Shown piece by piece: positions 10,281 to 20,000 of a stretch of DNA of 20,000 nt (the stretch's first letter is position 1; every line of letters begins with the position of its first letter). A model generated the notes under the pieces. That model did no database searches and was not told where the DNA came from. It saw only the letters and a program-made list of their open reading frames with translations. This DNA is from Chiloscyllium plagiosum (lineage: Eukaryota), in contig NC_057719.1 of assembly GCF_004010195.1 (NCBI RefSeq), forward strand, positions 35,131,541 through 35,151,540. Direction: 5' to 3'. Position numbers and translations under genes: made by a program.

Positions 10281-10344
10281 AAAAATACAATCTTTGTTAT
10301 TCATAGCCAATTGGCAGGAAATCAGCTTTTCATTTAACACTGCA

Positions 10345-11117
10345 GGGTTGGCGATGGCCTAATGGTATTATTGCTAGATTATTAATCCAGAAACTCATCT
10401 AATTCAAACCCGGGTTCAAATCTCGCCATAGTAGATGTGAAATGTGTATTCTATATTTTAAAAATTTGGAATTAAGAATCTACTGATTGTCATGAAAGCA
10501 TGCTCATTCTCAGAAAAACCCATCTGGTTCACTTATGTCCTTCAGGGAAGTAAATCTGCCATCCACACCTGGTCTGGACCACATGTGACTCCAGACCCAC
10601 AGCAATATGGTTGACTCTCAATTGCCCTCCGAAATGGCCTAGCAAGCAATTCAGTTGTACCAACCTCTAGAAAATCTCAAAGAAATGAAACCGAACAGGT
10701 CACCTAGCATCAACCTAGGCACCAAAGACAACGGCAGAAACAGACCTGTTGATCCTGCAAAGTCCTCCTCACATATCTGAGGGCTGGTGGCAACGTTGGG
10801 AGAGCTGTCTCACAGACTAGTCAAGCAACAGCCTGATATAGTCATCTGTACGAAATTATAGCTAATAGACAATGTCCCAGACACTACTATCACCATCCCT
10901 GGATATGTCCTGTCTCACTGGTAGATCAGTCCCAGCAGAGGTGGTGGCACAGTGATATACAGTCAGGAGGGAGTTGCCCTGGGAGTCCTCAATGTTGACT
11001 CTGGACCCCATGAAGTCTCATAGCTTCAGATTTAACATGGGCAAGGAAATGTCCTGCTGATTGCCATGTACAGTCCTCCCTCAGCTATTAAATCGGTACT
11101 TCTCCATGTGGGACAAT
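10345..11117 (+). mobile_element. tRNA-headed non-LTR retroelement 5' end: SINE-like leader followed by a disrupted APE endonuclease frame
   Basis: A box TGGCCTAATGG (10355-10365), B box GGTTCAAATCT (10413-10423), body shared with the 3030-3380 SINE. ATG at 10685 opens one frame with 5 stops: MKPNRSP...PAK...LGELSHRLVKQQPDIVI...TITIPGYVLSH...SRGGGTVIY...LLIAMYSPPS. Confidence 0.82.
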
Positions 11118-11124
11118 ATGTAAT

Positions 11125-12021
11125 TATAGAGAGTCATAGAGATGTACAGCCCAGAAACAGACCCTGCGGTCCATGCCGACCAGATATCCTAAATTAATCG
11201 AGTCCTATTTGCCAGCATTTGAACCATATCCCTCTAAACCGTTCCTATTCATATACCCATCCAGATACAATTGCAACATTTAAAAGGTATCAGCCTCCAT
11301 CACTTCCTTTGGCAGCTCATTCCATTCACACACCACTCTGTGTGAAAAGGTCACCTCTTAGATTCATTTTAAATCTTTTCCCTCTCACCCTAAACCCACA
11401 CACTTTAGTTCTGGACTCCCCCCAACCACAGGGAAAAGACCTTGTCTATTTACTCTACTCATATGATTTTACAAAAGTCTATAAAGGTCATCCCTCAGCC
11501 TCCAACACTCCAGGGAAAATAGCCCCAGCCTATTTAGCCTCTCCCTAAGGCACGAACCATCCAACCCTGGCAACATCCTTGTAAATCTTTTCTGAACCCT
11601 TCCAAGTTTCACAACATCCTTCCTATAGCAGGGAAACCAGAATTGCACACAATATTGCAAAAGTGACCTAATCAATGTCCTGTACAGCTGTAATATGACC
11701 TTTCAAATCATACACTCAATGCACTGACCAATAAAGGTAAGCATACCAAACATCTTCAGTATCCTATCTACCTGCAACTCCACTTTCAAGGAACTATGAA
11801 CCTGCAATCCAAGGTCTTTTTGTTCAGCAACACTCCCCAGGGCTTACCATTAAGTGTATAAGTGCTGCTAAAATTTGCCTTTACAAAATGCAACACCTCA
11901 CATTTATAGAAATTAAACTTCACCTGCCACTCCTCAGCCCACTGACCCATCTGATCAAGATCCCATTGTATTCGGAGATAACCTTCTTTGCTATCCACTA
12001 CACCTCCAATTTTGGTGTCGC
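11125..12021 (-). mobile_element. 5'-truncated CR1 LINE (RT C-terminal part and 3' UTR)
   Basis: ORFs 11786..12052 (DTKIGGVVDS...DLDQMGQWAEEWQVKFN..KCEVLHF) and 11469..11675 (LQYCVQFW.P..RKDVVKLGRVQKRFTRMLPGL); tail ctgtacatctctatgactct on the minus strand. Confidence 0.93.
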
Positions 12022-12979
12022 CTAGCTTAAAAAAAGCCATCTGCTTTGCCATCTTTCTTCTTTCATTAAGAAGCTGTTCATAGAAGCTGCCAGATAAGAC
12101 TTTATGCCACTAACAGCTATCCTGCTGCATGTTCCATTGTTGTCATTATCTAAGAGCTGCAACTGCTTCTCAACTTCCCTCAGGATAGAAGACAAAACTA
12201 AAGTGGAAAGTTCCCGTAATGCTGCATTCTGGACTTCATCATCTTCATCTCAAACTTCAATTTCCCCCGCAGCAACAAGTTATAGATAAGTCTCCGCTTC
12301 TTCAAATCCAACTTGCTTTGCAAGAGCAACACAATGTTCTTTGATTGCTGGAAACTCCTCAGATGGATCAACACCTTTAAATCATGAAGAAAATCTGGGA
12401 GAACCTTCTGCCAAACTGCATGTAAGCAGTCCTCACTGACATCGCCCCTGGCTTCCACAATGATATCAATAGCATTCGTAATGTTAATGCTCTTCCAAAA
12501 TTGAAGAACACTGTCCTCATTATACTCCTCGGTAGCTGCAATCAGCTTTCCAAACGTGCGCCTTAAATAATAAGCTTTAAAAGCTGCTATTGCACCCTCG
12601 TCCATGGGTTGAATGAGAAAAATTGTGTTCAGAGATAGAATAGCACTTTGATGCTTTCAGAAAGCTCACCAATGGTGGGAGAATGGCTTTGTGCATAGCT
12701 CAAAATATGGAGAATCTTACATCTAAATCTTTGCTCCTGCAATAATTTCTAAAAACATCCTCAAAAACATCAACAATAAAGTCAGAAAAAAATTGCTCTA
12801 TTATCCAGCCACCTTTGTTTGACCTGAACTAAACACCTAAAGTGGACTTAAAGTAATTGGGGATGGAAGTGCATAATAGCCAATGGGAGTTTGTGTTTTA
12901 AAAATATTGTTCTCCAATTCACCAATCGCATTATAGACAAATCGCGTTGACAAAGTGCACATTACAGGAGAACAAACTG
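12022..12979 (-). mobile_element. Tigger/pogo-family DNA transposon remnant (DDE transposase pseudogene, internally deleted)
   Basis: ORF 12198..12605, preceded by QP, reads QPMDEGAIAAFKAYYLRRTF...LQFWKSINI...AVWQK, a DDE_1 pogo/Tigger signature. Minus-strand terminus TA|CAGTTTGTTC at 12981-12970. The other terminus is not visible. Confidence 0.88.
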
Positions 12980-13114
12980 TAACCGTAAGTACTAGAAACA
13001 CTTAAACGTCAGATCTTTAAAATTACAAACAAGATGCCATATGGATGTAAGTACAAGCATTCATAAGTCAAACGTTTGTAATTCAGATAACCCCTATACA
13101 TCACACAAAAAAAA

Positions 13115-13260
13115 TCTAGCTTTATATAGTGCCTTTCACATCTCCAAGGCAATTCAAGCACCTATACAACAGATGAATAATGTTTGAAATTAATTACAAT
13201 TGTTATTTGGGCGAAACAGCATCCATTTGTACAGAAGCAATTTCCACAAATGACAAAGAA
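13115..13260 (-). mobile_element. Ancient SINE/L2-like 3' tail remnant
   Basis: tttatatagtgcctttcac...caagcacctatacaac resembles the reverse complement of L2-type tails (tgtaaagcgct...aaggcgctatataaa). Very decayed. Confidence 0.4.
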
Positions 13261-13359
13261 CACTTTTGATTTTCTTTTTGGTAGTTGTAAGTAGTAGACA
13301 TGTAGATGTCTTACTGCATCACAAACTCACTGACACACAGCATTGCCCCTTTCTGTCTC

Positions 13360-13555
13360 AGGTCATAAAGTCAGTATCATGGAAAGAAGCCTCTTGGTCG
13401 ACCGTGTTCACATAGGTCATTAAGCACCTGTCTATTCTAATCCCATTTCCCAGCATTTGGCCCATAGCATTGTATGTGTTTCAAACTAAAATACCTTTTA
13501 AATATCGTGATGATTTCTATCTCAACCACTTTTGCAGGCAGTGAGGTCCAAATAT
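13360..13555 (-). mobile_element. CR1 3' UTR fragment
   Basis: gtcataaagtcagtatcatggaaagaagcc...taatcccatttcccagcatttggcccatagc resembles 11133-11230 and 8076-8150. Confidence 0.6.
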
Positions 13556-14012
13556 TGAAAATATACATGAGGTATTAAACTTGAAAGTCCTTCACCAAGA
13601 AATGCTCAAATTGAAGGAGATGGTTTATATGAAGGACTTATCAGCCAAACTTGGTCAATGGAAAGAGCTGAGGGAATCTACACGAGGAAAGTGATCTCAT
13701 CCTCATTAAACTTATTGCATGTGCAAATATCTATGACAGTATTACCAAAAACTGCCGTTTTTACAAACAGTCCCATTTTCACAAATCAATCATGCTGTTT
13801 TGCATGACCACCTGCTAAATGGGATAGATTCAAAACAAATCTAGTAACTAAAAAAAGTAAAGAAAAGGGAGGAATTCAATAAGGAGTACAGTTATTTTAA
13901 ATCAATCTGTTATGACACACCTCTGGCAAACAGGGCTTGAGGTAGGGACACTTACACAGCACTACATTTCCTTTCCAATAAGGAGTATGAGAAAGGCATA
14001 TTCCTCACCCTG

Positions 14013-16675
14013 AGCAGGGTGAGGAATGGATGTTGCAGGTTCCAGGGTTTAGATCTTTCATTAAGAACAGGCAAGGCAGTAAAAGAGGGGGAGGTGTGGC
14101 CTTGTTAGTCAAGGATAGTATAACGGTGGCTGAAAGAACTTTTGACAAGGACTCATCTGCTGAAGTAGTGTGGGCTGAGGTTAGAAACAGGAGAGGAGAG
14201 GTCACACTGCTTGGAGATTTTTTATAGGTCTCCGCAGAGTTCCAGGGAAGTGGAAGAGAGGATTGGCAAAATTATTCCGTGTAGGAGTGAAAGGAACAGG
14301 GTGGTCATTATATTACCTCCCCAACATTGACTGAAAATGCTATAACTCTAGTATGTCGGAAAGATCAGTTTTTGTCCAATATGTACAGGAGGGTTTCCTG
14401 ACACAGTAAGTTGAAGGGCTGACAAGAGGGGAGGCCACACTGGATCTGGTGCTTGGTAATGAACCAGGCCAGGTGTTTGATTTAGTTGTAGGTGAGCACT
14501 TAGGAGAGAGTGACCATAATTCAGTTACATTTAGTTTAGCGATGAAAAGGGATAGGTACATGCCACAGGTCAAGAGTTATCGATGGGGCAAGAATTAGGA
14601 TGCATAGAATGGGGAAGCAAAATGCAGGGGATGCAGACAATGGAAAGGTGGAGCTGGTTTAAGGAACAGATATTGCGTGTCCTTGATGGGTATGTCGCTG
14701 TCAGGCAGGGAGGAAGTGATAAGGTAAGGGAAGCGTGGTTTACTACAGAAATTGCATCTCATGTTAAGCAGAAGGAGGAAGCTTATGTGTTGATGAGGCA
14801 AGATGGTTCAGATGAGGCGATGGAGAATTGCAAATCAGCTAGGAAGGATTTAAAGGGAGAGTTAAGAAGAGCAAAGAGAGGACACGAGCAGTCTTTAGCA
14901 AATAGAATAAAGGAGAACCCCAAAGCTTTCTATAGGTATGTGAGGAATAAAAGGAATACGAGGGTAAGAATAGGGCCAGTCAAAGACAGAAGTGGAAAGT
15001 TGAGTGTGGACCCTGTGCAGATTGCAGAGGTGCTAAACGATCATTTCTCATCAGTTTTCACTCGGGTAAAGGAGATTATTGTAGAAGAATGAGGTACGAG
15101 ATATTAGACTAGAAAGGATTGAGGTTAGTTACAAACAGGTGTTATCAATTCTAAAAGGAGTGAAAGTAGACAAGTCCCCTGGGCCGGATAGGATTTAACT
15201 GAGGATTCTGTGGGAAGCGAAGGAGGAGGTAGCAGAACCTTTGGCGTTGATATTTGAGTCATCATTGTCTACAGGTTTAGTACCAGAGGACTGGAGGATT
15301 GCAAATGTTGTGTCTTTGTTCAAGAAGGGCAGTAGAGATGACCAGGTAATTATAGGCCAGTGAGCCTTACTTCTGTTGCAGGAAAGGTTTTGGAAAGGAT
15401 TGTAAGATTTATAATCATCTAGAAAGCAACAATTTGATTTCAGATAGTCAACACGGTTTCGTCAAGGGCAGGCCGTGTCTCACAAACCTCACTGAGATTT
15501 TGAGAAGGTGACCAAGTATGTAGATGAGGGTAGGGCATTTGACATGGTATACATGGACTTCAGTAAAGCCTTTGATAAGGTTCCACATGGTAGGCTGTTG
15601 ACGAAAATGCAGAGGCATGGAATTAAGGGTGATTTAGAAGTTTGGATTAGAAACTGGCTTTCTGAAAGAAAGCAGCGAGTGGTGGTTGATGGAAAATATT
15701 CAACCTGGAGTCTGGTTACTAGTCGTGTGCCACAAGGATTTGTTTTGGGACCACTGCTATTTGTCATTTTTATAAATGACTCTGATGCAGGCATAGCTGG
15801 ATGGATTAGTAAATTTGCAGATGACACTAAAGTCGGTGGAGTGGTGGACAGTTTGGAAGAATGTTACAGGTTGCAGGGGGACTTGGATAAACTGCAGAAC
15901 TGGGCTGAGAGGTGGCAAATGGAGTTCAATGCAGCTAAATGTGAGGTGATGCACTTTGGGAAGAATAACAGGAGGCAGAGTACTAGGTCAATGGAAAGAT
16001 TCTTGGTAGTGTGGATGTGCAGAGGGATCTTGGAGTCCATTAACATAGATCCCTAAAAGTTGCCACCCAGGTTGATAATGCTGTTAAGAAGGCATAAGGT
16101 GGGTTAGGTTTCATTCATTGAGGGATTGAGTTCCGGAGCCACAATATCATGCTGCAACTACACAAAACGCTAGTGCGGCCACACTTGGAATATTGTGTAC
16201 AGTTCTGGTCGCCATATTTTGGGAAGAATGTAGAAGCATTGGAAAATGTGGTCTGGAGGGAAGGTCTTATGAGGAATGGCTGAGAGACTTGGGTCTGTTC
16301 TCATTGGAAAGAAGGCAGCTAAGAGGGGATTTGATAGAGACATACAAGATGATCAGAGGATTAGATAGGGTAGACAGTGATAGCCTTTTTCCTAGGATGA
16401 TGACATCAGCTTGTACGAGGGGGCATAACTACAAATTGAGGGGATGATACATTTAAGACAGATGTCAGAGGTAGGTTCTTTACTCAGAGAGTGGTAAGGG
16501 CGTGGAACACCCTACCTGCCAATGTAGTCAACTCAGCCACATTAGGGAGGTTTAAACAATCCTTGGATAACCACATGGATAATGATGGGATAGTGTAGGG
16601 GGACAAGCTGAGAATAGTTCACAGGTCGGCGCAACATCAAGGGCCGAAGGGCCTGTTTTGCGCTGTATTGTTCTA
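14013..16675 (+). mobile_element. CR1 (HER1-like) LINE, 5'-truncated within the endonuclease, ORF2 pseudogenised
   Basis: APE motifs RGGGVALLVK and SDHN; KENPKAFYRYVRNKR; RT motifs YMDFSKAFDKVPH, VPQGFVLGPLLF, KFADDTK; 3' UTR ends gggccgaagggcctgttttgcgctgtattgttcta. Several stops and frameshifts. Confidence 0.96.
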
Positions 16676-16684
16676 AGGTGTTTG

Positions 16685-17330
16685 TCAGAGGAAGCTAAAA
16701 AACAAGGACCATAGCATGCAAATAAGAGGAGCATGTTATTGAGCCAAGCAACCACAAATCAACTGACCAGATCAAGCATCACAGTTCTGCCACAAAGAAG
16801 TGGTTAATAATGTCTGATTGAATGACTAATTGGAGGGGCAGACTTCACAAGTATCCACTTCTTCAATGATGGGACAGCCCAGCAGATCTGTACAAAAGAA
16901 AAGGCTTAAGTCATTTCTCATCAACTTTAACAAGAAAAGATGGATTTCAATCTCCTACTGAGCTGCCCAGCATAACAGGTGCCAGTCTTCAGTCAGTTCA
17001 GGGTAGTTAAGGATATTAAAAATGCATTGAATGCAGCAAAAGCTCTGGGCAATAACAATGTCTATTGATGTAATCCAAAACACTGCCTTATCTATGACAC
17101 TGACATCCACCCTGCAATGTGGAAAATCATCCAAGTCAGTCCAGACCACTAAAGCAAGACAAATCCAATCCAATCCAATCCAGTCCAATTACAATCTGCC
17201 CATTTTCAATCATGAACAAAGCGATGGAAGGTGACAATGTTTTTAACAACCAACACTTACTCAGCAATAATCTGTTCAACGCAAGCCGCGACATGATCAC
17301 TCAGTTCCAGGCCTCGATACAACCTTGGTG
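16685..17330 (+). mobile_element. Decayed LINE RT-proximal fragment, distinct from the adjacent CR1
   Basis: Broken frames give HPAMWK, KQDKSNP, FSIMNKAMEG and QHLLSNNLF (ORF 17119..17400), corresponding to WK.A...KK.D..NP.NYRPIS......K.ME of non-LTR RTs. Confidence 0.7.
17161..17190. repeat. (CCAAT)n microsatellite expansion inside the LINE fragment
   Basis: aaatccaatccaatccaatccagtccaatt. Confidence 0.8.
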
Positions 17331-17499
17331 TAACCAGAGTTTGGATTGGTTCAAAAGAGCTGATGGATTTTCATCAGACAGCAGGCGTGTGGGGCACTGA
17401 TCTTTGCAAGGTCAAAAAGCTAGGGGATGGGTGAGCCGAGGGTTTTTGCATGAAGCACATTAATTTCATTGGTGATTTATTGCCATTCAATCAGTGTGA

Positions 17500-18403
17500 T
17501 GACCTACGCTAAACAGATGTACATACCCCATCAGGATGGTCCGATAGCTCTCCACTTCTTTAAAAGGCCTGAACCACCCCCATTCTCCACTCCACATGAG
17601 CCCCAGACATGCCTGTCTCCTTGTGAGTTATGTGGAACATTCCTTATTCCAATCCTACTCAGGCTATCCCACAACATTTTCATCAGTAATTGTTGACATA
17701 ATTGATGCTGCCTCCCTATCTCATTTGGAATTGGAAAAACGTATCAATTTTGTTTCAAGTTTCTAACTTTCTCTCATCTTCACCTGGTTCATCACTGACT
17801 GTGTTTCCTTTTCTGGGAACAAGCTGGCCACTGATGTCTACTACAAATCCACTGCCTTGACTACACGTCCTCACACCTGATTCCTGCAAGGACTCCAATC
17901 CATTATTTTAGTTTCTCCATCACATCTGGCCTCAGACATGTCCACCTTTTTCATCAACTGAGGCTTCCTCACCACTGTGGCTGACAGGGCCCTAAGCTGT
18001 GTCCAACCCATGTCTCACATTTCTGGCCTCACTCCTTCCCTTCAACAACAGCAATAGGGTCCACTTTGACCTCAATTTCCACCTCACCAGTCTCCACATC
18101 CAAAGGAACGTAAGGGGTCATTTCTGCCAACTCCAACAGGATGTCACTACCAGACACTTTAATCCCCTCTTCTCCTTTGTCAACATTCCACGGCGTCTGT
18201 TCCCTTCCGGGCACTTTGGTCCATTCCGCCTTCGCTCCCAATACCTCCTCACACCTCTACAGCATGTTCCCATGCAGAAGATGCAACACTTGCCCATTTA
18301 CTTTCTCTCTTCTCACTATCCAAGGTCCCAAACACACCTTCTAGTTTATCGTATTTGCTGTTCAGAATATGGTCTCCTCTGTAATGGGGAAGTGAAATGT
18401 AGA
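17500..18403 (+). mobile_element. Penelope-like element, decayed RT and GIY-YIG region (left part)
   Basis: IPHQDG..ALHFF, TDVYYKST and LDYTSSH, zinc-knuckle FPCRRCNTCPF..IQGPKHTF, and LVYRICCSEYGLLCNGE (degenerate GIY-YIG). Confidence 0.85.
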
Positions 18404-19690
18404 ATTTCAAAAATCCAAAGAACTGTGGATGTTGAGATTTTCCAGCAATTTCTGTTTTTGTATAGATGAAATGCAGTAAAAACAACAAATGCTGAAGATA
18501 ACAGCAAATCAGACAACATCCATGGAGAGGGAGCAAGCTGATGTTTTAAGTCTGGATGACCTTCCATCAGAGCTAAAAGTGAAGTGTGGAGGGGAAAGCA
18601 TTTATGCAATATTTGAGGGGTGATGGCGAGCATAGCGGGTATAGGTTGCTGATGGAGAAAAGATGTTGATAGCTCAGTTTAAGTGATTGGAACAGGAGAA
18701 TGGTAGAACAATGGTGTGAATCCAGTCAGACTTGAAAGGACACCAAGTGGAATGATAACAAGTTAAAAGAATGGGAAAAAATGAGAGTTGGTTCACAATA
18801 TTGAGTTCAACACCTTTAAATTAAGTCTAGAAGGCTGTAAAGTGCCTAGTCTGAAGATGGTACGTTGTTCCTCCAGTTTGCAGTGTGATTCAGTGGAAGA
18901 CTACGGCATGCAGAGAAGAGACATGTGGGCATTCAAGCAGGATGCAGTGTTAAATTGACCCACTACGGTAAAGTCAGGGTCCTGCTTATGCACAGACTGG
19001 AGGTGTTCCGCAAAGTGAACACGCAGTCTAGAGAAACCAAATGCAAGTAGAGTAGGCCACATTGGGTGCGGCAAGATTGGAGGAGTATTGGTGAAATGCT
19101 GCTTCACCTGGAAAGACTGTTTATGCTCTTGGATGATGAGCAGGGAGGTGGTGAAGGAGCAGGTGTTACATCTTGTGTGGATGCATAGGAAGGTGCCATG
19201 GAGAGGAGGTGGTGGTGTTGGTGATCGTGGAATGGACTAGGGTGTCCTGGAGGGAACAATCCCTGTGAATTGCAGACAGGGGAGTGAAGGGAAGACATGT
19301 TTGGCGGTGTTGTCCTGGAGTTGTCTGACATGTCAGAGATTATCCGTTGAACGTGAAGGCTGATGGGATGAACAGTGAGGATAAGAGGTTCACTATTCTG
19401 AGTGATGGGAAGGGGCAAGGGCAGAGGCATAGGTGATAGGTCAATGCAGTTGATGGCCCTGTCAACCACAGTGGGTGGGAAATCCCGATTATGCAAGAAG
19501 ACAGGCATGTCAGCAGTGCTGTTTTGGAAGGTGGCATCATCCAAACAGATACGACATAGACGAAGGAACTAAGAATCCTTGCAGTTCATCGGGGTGTGAA
19601 GAGCTATAGTAAAGGTAGCTATGGGAATCAGTGGTTTTGCAGTGGACAGTTTATTCCCCGAAATGGAAACAGAGAGTTCAAGAAAAGAAG
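18404..19690 (-). mobile_element. Second Penelope-like element inserted in opposite orientation
   Basis: ORFs 19104..19544 (DDATFQ...FLHNRDFPPTVVDRA...HPISLHVQRII) and 18901..19107 (LRVHFAEHLQSV...VVGQFN). Flanked by gtgaaatgYaga at 18392-18403 and 19691-19702. Confidence 0.85.
18536..18574 (-). ncRNA. Degenerate minimal type I hammerhead motif at a Penelope 3' end
   Basis: Minus strand AGCU-CUGAUGG-AAGGUC-AUCCA-GACUU-AAAAC-AU-C-AGCU: stem I AGCU/AGCU, stem II present, core boxes mutated. Confidence 0.45.
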
Positions 19691-19817
19691 GTGAAATGCA
19701 GATTGGATGTCAGCTTTGCCAAACACCTACAAAAATGACTTCAAGCTTTCAGTTGCTTGCCACTTCAACACACCACAGAGTTCCCACACCAACATTTCTA
19801 TCTCAGGCTTGCTACAG
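19691..19817 (+). mobile_element. Continuation of the plus-strand Penelope GIY-YIG region
   Basis: tttgccaaacaccta (FAKHL) and gttgcttgccacttcaac (VACHFN) follow on from the GE motif that stops at 18403. Confidence 0.75.
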
Positions 19818-19819
19818 GT

Positions 19820-20000
19820 CCTAGCTCCCCGCCCTGCCATGTGTTCACCATCCCTCCGGACCTGCCCCTCTCTGAGGATGAGAGATCAGTCCTCAGGAGG
19901 GGTCTCACCTTCGTTCCCACACGTTCTCGGGTCAATGAATTCAATACACGGAGTGACATTGAACGATTCTTCCGCCGCCTTCGCCTCCGTGCCTTCTTTT
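19820..20000 (+). mobile_element. Young Penelope-like element, N-terminal part of the RT ORF, running off the window
   Basis: Open frame from 19832: PCHVFTIPPDLPLSEDERSVLRRGLTFVPTRSRVNEFNTRSDIERFFRRLRLRAFF (LS..E..VL..GL.F.P Penelope motif); CpG-rich, no stops. Confidence 0.85.

Noticed and set aside
12985..13100. Possible terminus of a second Tigger-like element
   Set aside because: Only a vague resemblance (cataagtcaaacgtttgtaa...cccta-ta) and no partner TIR visible.
14583..16056. Functional reverse transcriptase gene
   Set aside because: CR1 ORF2 is 5'-truncated and broken by multiple stops and frameshifts; the antisense ORFs are shadows.

Overview
Eukaryotic, AT-rich and repeat-dense vertebrate DNA; the HE1-type SINE, HER1/CR1 LINEs and Penelope content point to a cartilaginous fish (inference). 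Four internal coding exons of NEMF (ribosome quality control factor, Rqc2 homologue) lie on the minus strand at 9444-9376, 5525-5423, 4493-4368 and 102-1. They splice in frame through canonical AG/GT sites. I could not find exon 1, so it probably lies beyond 20000. The rest is intron filled with nested mobile DNA: CR1 LINEs, two solo LTRs with 4-bp TSDs plus a third LTR-like block, a Tigger/pogo remnant, tRNA-derived SINEs and several Penelope-like elements. The most notable items are: (i) a tRNA-headed element whose SINE-like 5' end runs directly into a LINE endonuclease frame, with a short SINE sharing the same 5' ~280 bp elsewhere in the window; (ii) Penelope-derived hammerhead-ribozyme motifs on the NEMF sense strand, one inside an 84-bp-arm palindrome ~145 nt upstream of exon 3; (iii) an apparently local copy of one palindrome arm fused to a SINE 5' end.
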